From the IMG/VR virus record IMGVR_UViG_3300025508_002497, positions 1 to 64,000 of that record: a stretch of DNA of 64,000 bases, one strand, 5' to 3'. Below the pieces are notes generated by a model. The model was not told the DNA's origin and ran no database searches. It saw only the letters and a program-made list of their open reading frames with translations. This DNA comes from a virus. Positions 1 through 11,409 of this stretch are shown piece by piece. The position numbers and the translations under genes were made by a program. Each line of letters opens with the position of its first letter. Position 1 is the first letter of the stretch.

Positions 1-748
1 CCGTAATAGGCCACTCGGGCAGTTGACTCGTATCTTCTATAAAATATACCCACCATTCATCTCCTGCTTCTAGTTCGGTAACTGCCCAACTTGGACCAGC
101 AACACCCCAATATGTTGACGCACCAAAGTAAGGACCATTGTCTGGTACTAAACATTCATTAGAATTAGATACTGTCTCGGTAGCATTTAACATATCAGAA
201 ACTGTTAGTTTATTTGTACCATCTTTTTTGCGATACTCAATAATCCATTCAGTATCTGTATTGTCTGTTTTCCATTCAGCAATGTTAGTGTATAGGTTAC
301 CAACACCCGTTCCTGATGGACCTGTCTTGCCTGTTGGGTCAAATGCTATTGAGTTTTGACCGAAGAATAAAAAACATAAACACCCATCTGTTCCAGACAG
401 ATAGATTGAATCGTCATCAAAAGAACTCATTTTACCTTTAGCAATGAATACTTCGGCATCACCATTTAATATTCTAAGAGTATTACCACCAGTTGGATTT
501 GTACTATATCCACCACCACCATTTACACCAGTGGCACTACCACCATCACTATAGGAACCTTTTGCTTGAATGTAAAATACATCAGTAGCATACTGCATCA
601 GTTCATGTCTTTGAAAGATAACTTCGGCAGTAGTACCATCATAGTACCAAACACCGTTTGCTTCTGCACTCGCACCATCTACCTTTGTAAAGAACTGTGA
701 AACTCTTGGTGCAGCACCTTCAAATTTTACATAAGGTTCTACTGCCAT
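1..748 (-). CDS. Putative virion structural protein, partial (runs off the left edge; missing from the ORF track)
   Basis: ATG at 748, just after the stop of 750..5258. Manual translation MAVEPYVKFEGAAPRVSQFFTKVDGASAEANGVWYYDGTTAEVIFQRHELMQY... stays open toward position 1. Gly/Thr/Ser-rich. Confidence 0.75.
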   Translation of the reverse strand, partial: MAVEPYVKFEGAAPRVSQFFTKVDGASAEANGVWYYDGTTAEVIFQRHELMQYATDVFYIQAKGSYSDGGSATGVNGGGGYSTNPTGGNTLRILNGDAEVFIAKGKMSSFDDDSIYLSGTDGCLCFLFFGQNSIAFDPTGKTGPSGTGVGNLYTNIAEWKTDNTDTEWIIEYRKKDGTNKLTVSDMLNATETVSNSNECLVPDNGPYFGASTYWGVAGPSWAVTELEAGDEWWVYFIEDTSQLPEWPIT

Positions 749-749
749 A

Positions 750-3700
750 TTAGTTTACTACCTCGATATAAAAGTCACCAGTTGCAGCAGATGATATCCA
801 AGAAGCGTCTGGACCACCAGTTCCGCCTGTCACTGTAACCGTAGGACCAATACCAGATCCAGTAGGACCAGTAGAACCAGCGGGACCATTGCCGCCAGTG
901 GGTCCAGTGGGTCCAGTAACACCACCACCACCAGCAGTGTTTTGGAATGTTCCATCAGCGAAGGTGATACCACCCCCCGATGCCATCGAGATACCTGCGA
1001 GGTAGTATAGTGCATTTCCAGATAACACTTCATAGGCATTGGGAATGTGAAATCGCGTGGTATAGAGTGTAGCGAGACTACTATCTTGAATCACTAGTCT
1101 ATTCGCACCACTCTGTCGTAATTTTATTTGTCCACCATCATAGGCATTCAGGATACCAGTATAATTCAAATCACCACCAGCAGTAATACCACCATCACTC
1201 GAAACACCAGCGACATGAACTATGGCGGTTGGATCTATACCTAGAGTAGATCCAGCGAGTGTCATACCTGCACCAGCAGTTATTGTAGATCCAGTAGGAG
1301 CAGTCGATTGGAAGGTTCCATCTGGGAAAGTGATTCCACCTGCGTCAAGAGAGATACCAGTTCCAGCGTGAACATATGTTGATGCTTTGACATATGTTCC
1401 TGCTTTAACAAAACCATTGTCTGCGTTAAATCCACTAGTAGTAATTGTTGCGTTGACTTGAGTGTTGCCGTTGGTCACTCTCCATGTGAAGTTACCATCA
1501 GTAAACCCATATTTAGAGTTTACATTACCTGAACTCTGAACCATAGCACCATAATTAATAAAATTACCACCAGCAGTAATTCCACCATCACTAGAGATAC
1601 CAGCAACATGAACTATGGCGGTTGGATCTATACCCAGAGTATGACCGACACCAGCAACGGTTGTTGATAATGTCATACCAGCACCAGCAGCAAGAGTAGT
1701 ACCACCACCACCACCTGCACCATCTTGACCAGCAGGTCCAGTTGGACCAGTAACACCATCAATACCAGAAATCTGCAACCAACCTAAAGTAGTTCCGTCA
1801 AAGACATTTGCGTAGTATAAACCAGTATCATTCTCATACCAGAAGTCTCCTGTTGCAGAACCCACAGGAGCAGTATTACCTGCGGTGTAACCAACGGAAG
1901 TACCATCAGAACCATCGGCACCAGTAGGACCAGTGGGACCAGTGGGACCAGTAACACCATCAGAACCATCGGCACCAGTAGGACCAGTGGGACCAGTTCC
2001 GCCACCAGCAGTATCTTGATAAGTTTCATCAGGGAAGGTGATACCTTTACCCAGCGTGATACCAGAACTTGCCGTCACTAGTCCAGCAAGAGTACTTGCA
2101 CTCCCTATCGAAATACTACCACCAGAGTAAAGTAAAGTAGGTGTTATTAAAGTGGAGAAGTTACCGCCGGGATTAAATCCGATTGTTCCCGCTCCCGCGC
2201 CTCCTCGATCCATTTCTATAAATGACGCCGCGCCGACTGCTCCGAAAACATCAGTTGAAATTCTGCCAGATGCGGTAATACCACCATCACTAGAAATACC
2301 AGCGACATGAACTACGGCGGTTGGATCTATACCTAGAGTAGATCCAGTTAGGACCATACCTGCACCAGCAGTTACACCAGATCCAGATGCGGCACTTGAT
2401 TGGAAGGTTCCATCAGGGAAGGTAATGCCAAGGGCATCCATTGAGATACCCTGTTTTGCATGGAAAAGTTCGTCTGCCTGAAGTTTTACATAAGCAATAA
2501 CACCACCAGACTCAACCTTCATTCTGGACTGTCCGCTAGTGTTCACATAAAAGTTATTGAGTCCACCATCTAGTATTATACCAGTAGTAGGATTACCTGC
2601 ACCACCAAGTATTTTAGTGGCATTCACGATACCGTCAAAAGTAGCACCACCATCACTAGAGATACCAGCGACATGAACTACGGCGGTTGGATCAATACCT
2701 AGAGTAGATCCAGCGAGTGTCATACCTGCACCAGCGACTATTTCAGATCCACTAGCGGCACTTGATTGGAAGGTTCCATCAGGGAAGGTAATGCCAAGGG
2801 CATCCATTGAGATACCTGCTCTTGCATGAATCAAGTTTGGTGTATCGTTTGCACGACCAGCACCGAGAACAAGAAGTGTTCCCGTAGAGGCATGAACTCT
2901 ACCCACACGACCGAGGTTCTGAATCAGATCAGTTGCACCAGAAGGTCTTGCGGCGGTAATCCCACCACCAACTCCAACATACACAGTATCGTTTGCGGTA
3001 AATCCTGATGTATCTGCGTCTCGAACAAGACCAGTGACAACCATGTAACCTTCGTCGTTCGTGGAGAATGCTCCAGTGACAATACCAGCAGCGGGCATCT
3101 TCGCTGAATCAGATGCGTCTGCCTTTCCGACTGTTACGCGATCGGATGCACCGACATTTCCTGTGATGTAAACTGGATCCAATGCTGCAAGTGCTTCGTC
3201 TGCTTTGATTGCCTTGAGAAGTTTACCTTCGATGTCTGCTTCTAGGTGAGGATGGTTTGTGTCCTGAGCAAAGAGAACCGAGTTGTCACCAGAGAATCCA
3301 GTACCATCGTGGTAGAGAACTTGATTAGTTGCGGCACCGTTGAAGTCAACCGACATGGTGTACCCAACACCTGCAACGATTGACGATAAGATTACTCCGT
3401 TACCAGCAGCAAGGGTAGCACCACCACCACCTGCACCATCTTGACCAGCAGGGCCAGTGGCCCCAGTAGTTCCGGGACGACCACTAACCTGCAACCATGC
3501 TAGTGTAGATCCATCATAGACATTTGCATAGTATAATCCAGTATCGTTTTCGTACCAGAAGTCTCCGGTATTAGAACCAGATGGTGCGGTATTTCCTGAT
3601 GTGAAACCAACGGAAGTACCATCAGAGCCATCGTCACCAGTAGGACCAGTAACACCATCAGAACCGGCACCAGTGGGACCAGTGGGACCAGTAACACCAT

Positions 3701-5258
3701 CAGAACCATCGGCACCAGTAGGACCAGTGTTACCCTTAGTTCCTTGATCACCAGTAGGACCAGTGTTACCAGTAGGACCATCGGCACCAGTAGGACCAGT
3801 AACACCATCAGAACCATCAGAACCATCGGCACCAGTGGGACCAGTGGGACCAGTAACACCATCAGAACCGGCAGAACCATCGGCACCAGTGGGACCAGTG
3901 GGACCAGTGGGTCCATCGGAACCATCGGCACCAGTGGGTCCAGTAACACCATCAGAACCATCGGCACCAGTAGGACCAGTAACACCATCAGAACCATCGG
4001 CACCAGTGGGTCCAGTAACACCATTAGAACCATCAGCACCAGTGGGCCCAGTCGGACCTTCTAGATCATTAGGTGTGAGGTTCTTGATTGTTACTTGACC
4101 ACCCATACCACTGTGGTATTGACATCTGTAGTATAGAGTATCAGGTGCATCATAAGGAACAGTAAATGTTATATCACCACTATCTGCTCCCGCATTTACA
4201 ACTCCCGTGGTGTATAGATTACCAGAATCGTAGGCACCACCATTGTCGGTGGTTTGTAGGTGGAATGGATGTCCACTTACACTTCCTGCAAGTGAGAAAA
4301 TATATTTCTGACCACGGAGAAGATAAATCGTATCTTGTTGAACAGTGTCGATAAAGTATTTGTTACCAGAGCCGGGATTACTTACAGTAACATCATAGGT
4401 TTTTGCTATAACTTGTTCACCCGTGGCACCAGTAGGACCAGTAACACCATCAGAACCATCGGCACCAGTAGGACCAGTAGGACCAGTAACACCATCAGAA
4501 CCATCGGCACCAGTAGGACCAGTGTTACCCTTAGTTCCTTGATCACCAGTAGGACCAGTGTTACCAGTAGGACCATCAGAACCATCGGCACCAGTAGGAC
4601 CAGTGTTACCCTTAGTTCCTTGATCACCAGTAGGACCAGTGTTACCAGTAGGACCATCGGCACCAGTAGGACCAGTAACACCATCAGAACCATCAGAACC
4701 ATCGGCACCAGTAGGACCAGTAACACCATCAGAACCATCGGCACCAGTAGGACCAGTAACACCATCAGAACCATCGGCACCAGTAGGACCAGTGTTACCC
4801 TTAGTTCCTTGATCACCAGTAGGACCAGTGTTACCAGTAGGACCAGCACCAGTGGCACCAGTTGCACCAACAGGACCAGTTGCACCACCACCCGCACCAG
4901 ATCCTAGTTCTTGCCAAGCGGTTCCATCGAACCCATAGAACTTAGAGTCACCCTCATTGAATACGATCGTACCATCTTGCTTGTTACTTGCATCCAAGAA
5001 AATCTCAAAAGCAGTTCCATTATATCGAACAATATCATTGTCCCCAACACCAGTAATCGTGCCGAAGTTTACATTCAGAGCGGACACATCTTCTAGGATG
5101 TATTTGTTATCTGTTGTTAGGCCTGGATTGAGAGTAGCATCTTCTTGGATTCCCTGAACCTTGAAGTTAACATCACCAGAATCAACCATGAAGAAGAAGT
5201 CACCACTGGTTGCGTCTCTATTCTGTTGTTTTAGAATGTCGATTAAGGTAATAGGCAT
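750..5258 (-). CDS. Collagen-like fibre protein (1502 aa): DUF2793-like N-terminus, Gly-X-Y repeats, cupredoxin-like domain, cement-like domain, repeated fibre joints
   Basis: Long [15 protein letters not shown] triplet runs; GHPFH...[12 protein letters not shown] motif; two copies of [16 protein letters not shown]; repeated GIDPTA(V/I)VHVAG(I/V)SSDGG. Confidence 0.85.
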   Translation of the reverse strand: MPITLIDILKQQNRDATSGDFFFMVDSGDVNFKVQGIQEDATLNPGLTTDNKYILEDVSALNVNFGTITGVGDNDIVRYNGTAFEIFLDASNKQDGTIVFNEGDSKFYGFDGTAWQELGSGAGGGATGPVGATGATGAGPTGNTGPTGDQGTKGNTGPTGADGSDGVTGPTGADGSDGVTGPTGADGSDGSDGVTGPTGADGPTGNTGPTGDQGTKGNTGPTGADGSDGPTGNTGPTGDQGTKGNTGPTGADGSDGVTGPTGPTGADGSDGVTGPTGATGEQVIAKTYDVTVSNPGSGNKYFIDTVQQDTIYLLRGQKYIFSLAGSVSGHPFHLQTTDNGGAYDSGNLYTTGVVNAGADSGDITFTVPYDAPDTLYYRCQYHSGMGGQVTIKNLTPNDLEGPTGPTGADGSNGVTGPTGADGSDGVTGPTGADGSDGVTGPTGADGSDGPTGPTGPTGADGSAGSDGVTGPTGPTGADGSDGSDGVTGPTGADGPTGNTGPTGDQGTKGNTGPTGADGSDGVTGPTGPTGAGSDGVTGPTGDDGSDGTSVGFTSGNTAPSGSNTGDFWYENDTGLYYANVYDGSTLAWLQVSGRPGTTGATGPAGQDGAGGGGATLAAGNGVILSSIVAGVGYTMSVDFNGAATNQVLYHDGTGFSGDNSVLFAQDTNHPHLEADIEGKLLKAIKADEALAALDPVYITGNVGASDRVTVGKADASDSAKMPAAGIVTGAFSTNDEGYMVVTGLVRDADTSGFTANDTVYVGVGGGITAARPSGATDLIQNLGRVGRVHASTGTLLVLGAGRANDTPNLIHARAGISMDALGITFPDGTFQSSAASGSEIVAGAGMTLAGSTLGIDPTAVVHVAGISSDGGATFDGIVNATKILGGAGNPTTGIILDGGLNNFYVNTSGQSRMKVESGGVIAYVKLQADELFHAKQGISMDALGITFPDGTFQSSAASGSGVTAGAGMVLTGSTLGIDPTAVVHVAGISSDGGITASGRISTDVFGAVGAASFIEMDRGGAGAGTIGFNPGGNFSTLITPTLLYSGGSISIGSASTLAGLVTASSGITLGKGITFPDETYQDTAGGGTGPTGPTGADGSDGVTGPTGPTGPTGADGSDGTSVGYTAGNTAPVGSATGDFWYENDTGLYYANVFDGTTLGWLQISGIDGVTGPTGPAGQDGAGGGGGTTLAAGAGMTLSTTVAGVGHTLGIDPTAIVHVAGISSDGGITAGGNFINYGAMVQSSGNVNSKYGFTDGNFTWRVTNGNTQVNATITTSGFNADNGFVKAGTYVKASTYVHAGTGISLDAGGITFPDGTFQSTAPTGSTITAGAGMTLAGSTLGIDPTAIVHVAGVSSDGGITAGGDLNYTGILNAYDGGQIKLRQSGANRLVIQDSSLATLYTTRFHIPNAYEVLSGNALYYLAGISMASGGGITFADGTFQNTAGGGGVTGPTGPTGGNGPAGSTGPTGSGIGPTVTVTGGTGGPDASWISSAATGDFYIEVVN
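2337..2399. repeat. 63-bp exact direct repeat, copy 1
   Basis: agtagatccagttaggaccatacctgcaccagcagttacaccagatccagatgcggcacttga is identical to 28735..28797. Confidence 0.9.
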
Positions 5259-6940
5259 TAGGAAACCACCACTTCTGTTGATCCAAGACTTGCATTATCT
5301 GATCTGTAGATGAAATATGTTTCGGAGAATCCAGCACTGTTAGTATGTGCAGTTGCACCACCATGAAGTTTACTGAATCCGCCCGCAAATCCACCCACCG
5401 TGAAACTAGCATCTCCATAACTTGATGGATATGCATAATATATGTATTCACCCGCACCTGCGTTAACCGAGAAACTATAACTTCTATTGTTATCTAAGTT
5501 TGAACTCAGTGATGACAAGTCTGGACCAGTTAACCCAGCGTTACTCGAAACACCATAGTAGTTGTTATTTCTGAAAGTTATACTATCGGTTGATGTCGCA
5601 AAACTTCCATCACTACCCGTCGCACCCAGAGTGAATGTTACACTACTATTCTTACTTGCAGGGAATGCTATATTATTAGATGCGACTGATGCAGATCCAC
5701 TCGACAGATCCACAGGGAATCCAGAGTCGGAAGATGCATTGGTTGTTACATCGGCATCAGCAACCGAAATACTGCCGGGAGTTTGGTATGTTGCAGACAA
5801 ACTTCTACCAGTGAGACTGTAGTTGCCAGTGCCAATCAGTGCAGTCGAACTACCAGAGATACTGAACGAGTTGATACCAAAGACAAACTCGGAGTCTAGG
5901 AAAATATCTTGGGCACGAATGTAATCAAAAGTAACTCCACCATCTTCGAGCAAGACTGGGAACTTTCTACCCCCACCACTCACGGTGTTGATATTATCAA
6001 AGTTGATACTATGATCGAGTGAAGTTCCTGTTGCGAATGTGGTATCAAAGAGTCCGTCTCCTGTAGCACCAGTTGCTCCTGTAACACCAGCGGCGCCAGT
6101 TGCTCCTGTAGCACCAGTTGCTCCTGTAACACCAGCGGCGCCAGTTGCTCCTGTAGCACCAGCGGCGCCAGTTGCTCCTGTAGCACCAGCGGCGCCAGTT
6201 GCTCCTGTAGCACCAGTTGCTCCAATAGAACCATCTTCACCAGTAGGACCAGTATTACCAATAGGACCATCTTCACCAGTAGGACCAGTCACACCAGTAG
6301 GACCAGCAACAGTAGAAGCGGCACCAGTAGGACCAGTGTTACCAGTAGGTCCAATAGAACCATCTTCACCAGTAGGACCAGTGTTACCAATAGGACCAGT
6401 CACACCAGTAGGACCATCTTCACCAGTAGGACCAGTCACACCAGTAGGACCAGCAACAGTAGAAGCGGCACCAGTAGGACCAGTGTTACCAGTAGGTCCA
6501 ATAGAACCATCTTCACCAGTAGGACCAGTTACACCAATAGGACCAGTCACACCAGTAGGACCAGTCACACCAGTAGGACCAGCAACAGTAGAAGCGGCAC
6601 CAGTAGGACCAGTTACACCAATAGGTCCAATAGAACCATCTTCACCAGTAGGACCAGTGTTACCAATAGGACCAGTCACACCAGTAGGACCAGTCACACC
6701 TGTGGCACCTGTGGCACCTGTTGAACCAGTGACACCCACATCACCAATAAGGCCTTGTGGACCTTGTGCGCCTACTCCCGATGCTTGTAGAATTTTCACA
6801 ATCGCAGGCAAGTTTTGTTGACCATTAGGGGAAACTCCCCCTCCAACAGAAATTGCATTGGTACTACTAGTGATGACATTGACGCGAGTCGCTGTCTCAT
6901 CAACGTTTGTACTACTTGTGATAACTCTAACTTGGGGCAT
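5258..6940 (-). CDS. Collagen-like virion protein (560 aa) with C-terminal beta-rich domain
   Basis: [12 protein letters not shown] triplet runs at about aa 55-295; C-terminal YYGVS...[11 protein letters not shown]...TNSAG...YFIYRSDN domain resembling the C-terminus of 31713..32801. Confidence 0.85.
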   Translation of the reverse strand: MPQVRVITSSTNVDETATRVNVITSSTNAISVGGGVSPNGQQNLPAIVKILQASGVGAQGPQGLIGDVGVTGSTGATGATGVTGPTGVTGPIGNTGPTGEDGSIGPIGVTGPTGAASTVAGPTGVTGPTGVTGPIGVTGPTGEDGSIGPTGNTGPTGAASTVAGPTGVTGPTGEDGPTGVTGPIGNTGPTGEDGSIGPTGNTGPTGAASTVAGPTGVTGPTGEDGPIGNTGPTGEDGSIGATGATGATGAAGATGATGAAGATGATGAAGVTGATGATGATGAAGVTGATGATGDGLFDTTFATGTSLDHSINFDNINTVSGGGRKFPVLLEDGGVTFDYIRAQDIFLDSEFVFGINSFSISGSSTALIGTGNYSLTGRSLSATYQTPGSISVADADVTTNASSDSGFPVDLSSGSASVASNNIAFPASKNSSVTFTLGATGSDGSFATSTDSITFRNNNYYGVSSNAGLTGPDLSSLSSNLDNNRSYSFSVNAGAGEYIYYAYPSSYGDASFTVGGFAGGFSKLHGGATAHTNSAGFSETYFIYRSDNASLGSTEVVVS

Positions 6941-7386
6941 TATCTAGTTACCTCAGCACGAACTTCAAAGCGGCCTTGTAATACTCTAGTGACAACCTCG
7001 CCGGCGATTAACTCAATGTCATATAAGTGTCTACCAGAAGGACAGTTTTTCATAGTTTCGGCATCAATGCTAACATAAACTCCACCAGTTGCACCTGTAG
7101 CACCTGTGAGTCCTCCATTGGAGGCGTTTAATAACATACCACCTGATCCCACAACACCATCTGGTTCTGTATAAGATCCTGTTGTACCACCACCCTTAAC
7201 CACACCAGAAGACGTATCTCCTGTTATACCAATCAAAATATCGGTAGCATAAGAAGAACGACGAACCTGCATTCTTCCTTGATATGAGTCTAGATCAATT
7301 GCTTCTTCACTATTAGTTTCATACAAAAAATAGAGAACATAGTTCGCACCTTGATCTGCTAAGATGTTAAATTGTCCAGCAGCCAT
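6940..7386 (-). CDS. Small beta-sandwich virion protein (fibre-attachment/adaptor type seen in T4-like phages)
   Basis: Pattern NI.ADQGA...IDL..Y.GRMQVR...YDIEL...VTRVLQG...V..EVTR; SD AGGAG upstream. Confidence 0.7.
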   Translation of the reverse strand: MAAGQFNILADQGANYVLYFLYETNSEEAIDLDSYQGRMQVRRSSYATDILIGITGDTSSGVVKGGGTTGSYTEPDGVVGSGGMLLNASNGGLTGATGATGGVYVSIDAETMKNCPSGRHLYDIELIAGEVVTRVLQGRFEVRAEVTR

Positions 7387-7405
7387 ATACTTCTCCTATT
7401 ATATT

Positions 7406-7414
7406 GTATATATG
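7406..7414 (-). promoter_or_regulatory. Putative gp55-type late promoter variant CATATATAC for fibre module 2
   Basis: Intergenic, 20 nt upstream of the ATG at 7386. The identical 9-mer lies upstream of fibre module 1 (32827..32835). Confidence 0.5.
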
Positions 7415-7417
7415 CTT

Positions 7418-8662
7418 TTAGGATCGAGCCTTTTTCTTCTTCTTGTACGTTTTGGTCTTGATTTTAGGAGGATTAACCGACGCTTTCTTCTGTTGCTTCT
7501 CCCATTCGGCTCTTTGATTCCTGATTTCCTTGACCTTTTCTTCGTAAAAAGGAAGATTACTCTTGATTCTTTCCATTTGATCAGCAGGAGCCTTGTTTTC
7601 CTTGAGGAGTCTTAGAGTTGCTTCGTATCCCTCTTCAAATCTGAACATATAGAAAGCGGTAGCAGATAGTTCGTCCAACGCTCTCCAATGATAGCAGTCC
7701 TCTGATACGAAAAGAATATCTTGGGGAGGAACTTGTAAGTCTACCGCCATCTTCGCATAGATGTATGCTGTTCTTGGACGATTATTCATACGATACAATC
7801 GTGATAGTTCTACCAGAGGCTCAGCACGGATTGGTCTATATTCAAATGACTGTAAGAGATGCTCTGTAACTTCATTGAAAGGTTTGTTTTGAATACCAGC
7901 GATCATCGCTCTTCTGAATAGTGAATAGAAGCACTCCTCTTCCCATCCACCCATCTCTACCCTCTTACCATAAGCCTCAAACGACTTCTCCCACTGCTGC
8001 GAATCAAAGTAAGATTGAGCGAGGTAGAATTGATACCGTTCGTTTGTTGGTTCGTAGTTTGGATCATCTGGATTGGTAAGAGCAGACAACAGAACTTCTG
8101 CGTCTCTACTATACTTTTCTTGTGGTGTGATTCCTACGTTGCGATTGCCCTCGGTTCTGGCGATAACGAAATAGTTACCATTAATTTTATCAACTCTTGT
8201 TTGTTCTTTTGGTTTGGCTGGACAGTGGGCATACTCATGAAGCACTCCCTTATACTCCCAACCAATACCCAACTTGAAGATTTGATTCCTCCACCACATA
8301 AACTCAGGACGACCAAGACGAATTGAATACGAGTCCGCATCCATCTTTGAGGGATACCTAAAATCACCATCGATGTAGTCATCTGCATCAATCATCCATG
8401 CATATTCGGCATCGCTACTCTCTGCGTTTCTTAATGCTTCTGTTCTTGAAGGACCAAAACCTTTCCAGTCAGACTGATGAACAGTGCCAGGAACACCCAA
8501 CTCATCCATTGTCTTCTTGATTAGATCTTGTGTTCCATCTGTAGAACCAGTATCAGTAATATCATATCGATCGACATACTTTGACATCGATCGAAGACAC
8601 TCTTCGATAATATGAGTCTCATCTTTTACGATCATACACAGGGTCACTTTTGGTCGGCTCAT
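7418..8662 (-). CDS. GT2 glycosyltransferase with C-terminal TPR repeats (SunS/SgtA-like architecture)
   Basis: LCMIVKDE...DTGSTDGT...W.GFG.SR..AL...DADD N-terminal domain; helical YLAQSYFD...EPLVELSRLYR TPR-like C-terminus. Confidence 0.88.
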   Translation of the reverse strand: MSRPKVTLCMIVKDETHIIEECLRSMSKYVDRYDITDTGSTDGTQDLIKKTMDELGVPGTVHQSDWKGFGPSRTEALRNAESSDAEYAWMIDADDYIDGDFRYPSKMDADSYSIRLGRPEFMWWRNQIFKLGIGWEYKGVLHEYAHCPAKPKEQTRVDKINGNYFVIARTEGNRNVGITPQEKYSRDAEVLLSALTNPDDPNYEPTNERYQFYLAQSYFDSQQWEKSFEAYGKRVEMGGWEEECFYSLFRRAMIAGIQNKPFNEVTEHLLQSFEYRPIRAEPLVELSRLYRMNNRPRTAYIYAKMAVDLQVPPQDILFVSEDCYHWRALDELSATAFYMFRFEEGYEATLRLLKENKAPADQMERIKSNLPFYEEKVKEIRNQRAEWEKQQKKASVNPPKIKTKTYKKKKKARS

Positions 8663-9537
8663 GATAAATCCTTAATCCATTCTTGTAAATTCACTTGTGG
8701 TTCCCAACCCAACTCTTTGATCTTCTCGATCATTGCTTGGGTGGCAAACACTTCTCCACTTCTCTCATTTATGTAGGTGATATTTTCTGAGATCATATTT
8801 GCGATCTCTTTGATCGAGTAACTCACACCAGATCCAACATTATACACTCTGGACGGTGTGGTATTCTTCTCGGCAACTAGTATGTTCGCATCAACCACAT
8901 CAGAAACATTAACGAAGTCTCTTCTCTGTTTACCCTCACCAGTCACAGTGAGTGGCAATCCTTCTTTATTCTGCTTCATGAAGACGCCCAACACTGGAGC
9001 ATACTGTCCTGTTGTGTGCTGTCGATTTCCATAGACATTGAAGTAACGCAGGATCGTGGTGTGCAATCCGTACAGTTTAGAATACATCCTACACAGATCT
9101 TCACCAGCGTACTTAGATGATGCGTATGGATTTAGTGTTGGGCAGAGTTTAGAACCTTCACTCTGTACCATGTGATCACATTCGTACACTGCCGAGGTAG
9201 ATGAAAATACAAAGTTTTTCACATTGTTATTTCTTGCTGCCTCTAACAATGTAGCAGTTCCAATCACATTCGTTTCATAGCAATCAATGGGATTTAGTAT
9301 AGCATCCTGAATCCTAACATCAGCAGCCATATGAAACACATAGTCTATGTCTTTCATTATTACATTGACTAAATCAAAATCACAAATATCACCAACCCAA
9401 TTCTTGGCTGACTCATTCCAATACGCAATAGTACTACCATTTATGTCTAGGCAAGTAACAGCATGACCCTGATCAATCAGACGATCTACTAAGTTACTTC
9501 CTATGAAACCTGCTCCACCTGTTACTAACACTCTCAC
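8659..9537 (-). CDS. NAD-dependent nucleotide-sugar epimerase/dehydratase (extended SDR)
   Basis: TGGAGFIGS, SSTSAVY, YASSK, LRYFNVYG, RDFVNVSDVV motifs. Confidence 0.93.
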   Translation of the reverse strand: MRVLVTGGAGFIGSNLVDRLIDQGHAVTCLDINGSTIAYWNESAKNWVGDICDFDLVNVIMKDIDYVFHMAADVRIQDAILNPIDCYETNVIGTATLLEAARNNNVKNFVFSSTSAVYECDHMVQSEGSKLCPTLNPYASSKYAGEDLCRMYSKLYGLHTTILRYFNVYGNRQHTTGQYAPVLGVFMKQNKEGLPLTVTGEGKQRRDFVNVSDVVDANILVAEKNTTPSRVYNVGSGVSYSIKEIANMISENITYINERSGEVFATQAMIEKIKELGWEPQVNLQEWIKDLS

Positions 9538-9755
9538 TTGAAGAAGACCTCAATACAAATAACATTTTTATCATTAATCATTATCATACTACCGTCAGAT
9601 CTTTCTAACTTAGTAAACTGTCCTTGCTTAATATTATCAGTTACTATGTCAGTGAATGTTCTCTTTTCTCCACCCATAAAATGAATTATCTGGGTGCATG
9701 TTTTTCCATTACTTGAAATAGTAGACTTAGTTTCTGTTTTCATACCGTTCAACAT
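9534..9755 (-). CDS. Hypothetical protein
   Basis: Fills the gap between overlapping neighbours; no recognised motif. Confidence 0.55.
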   Translation of the reverse strand: MLNGMKTETKSTISSNGKTCTQIIHFMGGEKRTFTDIVTDNIKQGQFTKLERSDGSMIMINDKNVICIEVFFK

Positions 9756-10185
9756 TTTCTTCTCTCCATCTCATAGGATTATCAGTGCATACTCCAGCAA
9801 CATTTATTTTATTTGGAATGGATTGACCATGATCTACCATGATGCCACCTTCAATTTCATGGCCAGGAAAACACCAAATATATCCCCTACTAGTTAAGGT
9901 CATTTGATCGGTTTCATGCCAGAACCAATGAATATCCTTTTCATTCCTTAGTAAATTAACCACCTCTTTATTTTTAGCGTGGACCCACACTCCAGATTGT
10001 TTTAAAAAATTCAAATCTATTCTGTAGTTAGGTTGATCGTGACCTAACCATAGATCAGTTTCACACAACCAGACATCCACTTCTACGTCAAAACCTTTTT
10101 GTAAAACTTCAATGACTTGTTTGGGGTGGTTTTCTGTTTCAGAATTCGCTCCATTAGTGTTTGCTCTGTGTGATATAATCATCAT
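9727..10185 (-). CDS. PLC-like/glycerophosphodiester phosphodiesterase-fold protein
   Basis: ISHRAN...EN.P...GFDVEVDVW...LGHD...HAKN motifs. Confidence 0.7.
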   Translation of the reverse strand: MMIISHRANTNGANSETENHPKQVIEVLQKGFDVEVDVWLCETDLWLGHDQPNYRIDLNFLKQSGVWVHAKNKEVVNLLRNEKDIHWFWHETDQMTLTSRGYIWCFPGHEIEGGIMVDHGQSIPNKINVAGVCTDNPMRWREENVERYENRN

Positions 10186-10841
10186 CTAGACTGCGCCCTT
10201 TCTGAGTATTCTTTACCCCATAACATATTATGATATTCAAAATTGTTCTCCAAAATGCTTTCAGTGTCAAGAGTTTCCCAATATGGATCTAAGAAAACCC
10301 ACTTCATTTTTTCTATCGTAGTATATCTAAGTTGGTCGTGACAAGCAAGTGTATTTTGAAAATTATCCATTCCATTTAAAGTATCATCCCACTTTAATAT
10401 ATTCCAGCCCTCAAGAAACACATCAATATCCCCGTACATACAAAGATCTCCAATGACAAAGGGGGTGCTTGGATGTGTTGTTACTAAAAACTTTTTATTG
10501 CCTAAAAGTGAATCATAATATGAGTGAACACCACTACATGCAAAAATACAATCTGCTCTTTGTTTTAAAACTCGTTCAAATCCTTGTTTCTTGGCAAACT
10601 CCAAACCTTCTCTCACACATTTTGGATGACCGTAACCAACTTCACCTGTTCGTATAGTATCTGACCACAAAACTTTATCACAATATTTTGTCGCATTTTT
10701 TGGAAACATGCCGTGACCAGATAAAATAATAAACGAGTCTGGATTGTGACGACGAAAATGCTTTAAGGCAAACGTCATAAGATCCTTTTTATAATCCTGA
10801 TCAACCCATATATGTGAAAACAAAGCACATTCAGAACTCAT
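10182..10841 (-). CDS. Hypothetical protein, possibly a glycosyltransferase (GT-A/WavE-like)
   Basis: Lies within the glycan island; VLKQRAD and IGDLCMYG resemble the K.R.D and D..F.G motifs of the neighbouring WavE-like protein. Start likely MSSECAL. Confidence 0.4.
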   Translation of the reverse strand: MSSECALFSHIWVDQDYKKDLMTFALKHFRRHNPDSFIILSGHGMFPKNATKYCDKVLWSDTIRTGEVGYGHPKCVREGLEFAKKQGFERVLKQRADCIFACSGVHSYYDSLLGNKKFLVTTHPSTPFVIGDLCMYGDIDVFLEGWNILKWDDTLNGMDNFQNTLACHDQLRYTTIEKMKWVFLDPYWETLDTESILENNFEYHNMLWGKEYSERAQSR

Positions 10842-11409
10842 ATTCAAACCTCTCAATATCTTGTGCATATAACATCTTAATTACATTTTTTGTATTACTG
10901 TTATACATCTCTTTGTGTCTGCTTTTAGGTCTTGATGATGTTCTGTGATGACCTATTTTTAGCGACACTCCTATCTTTTCAGATAGTATTGACATGTCTT
11001 CCCGTAAATTTTCATGTTTACCAATAAAATCTAAATCTCTCTTTGGTGATACAGTAAAATACACAGCAGGAAAAAAGTGAATAGATTCATGAGTGGGTAT
11101 TTTCTGTAACATATCGGGAAGGATCGTACTAACAAATTGATCAAAATCTTCGGCTGGTGTCTGTAGAAAAGGATCAAAGAAAGCAGATACTACCCTATCC
11201 CACGGATTCCTCACAAATGAAAAACCAAATATGTCTTTGTGGGGGGTGTTCTCAAGAAAATCGTTCCATGTTATGTGATGTTCAAGTGGCAGAGGATCAG
11301 TACGATCTATCAGGTTGTAGTGATCCTTAAACCAAACATGAATGGAACTACCAGCACATTTTGGAGTGTGAATAAAAACAAATTTGTTTTCTGGTTCATT
11401 AAACACCAT
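10831..11409 (-). CDS. Sulfotransferase family 2 (carbohydrate sulfotransferase)
   Basis: FIHTPKCAGSS (5'-PSB loop), FVRNPWDRVVSAF (3'-PB), DFIGKHENL..D. Confidence 0.85.
   Translation of the reverse strand: MVFNEPENKFVFIHTPKCAGSSIHVWFKDHYNLIDRTDPLPLEHHITWNDFLENTPHKDIFGFSFVRNPWDRVVSAFFDPFLQTPAEDFDQFVSTILPDMLQKIPTHESIHFFPAVYFTVSPKRDLDFIGKHENLREDMSILSEKIGVSLKIGHHRTSSRPKSRHKEMYNSNTKNVIKMLYAQDIERFEYEF

Noticed and set aside
940-2830. Diversity-generating retroelement or invertase shufflon behind the fibre repeats
   Set aside because: No reverse transcriptase or recombinase in the window; repeats are direct and coding, and mismatches are not obviously adenine-specific.
3500-6821. Long alternative-frame and + strand ORFs ([12 protein letters not shown]..., [10 protein letters not shown]..., PVGPVAPV...)
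   Set aside because: Shadow frames of Gly-X-Y codon repeats that lack stops; no SD or independent signal.
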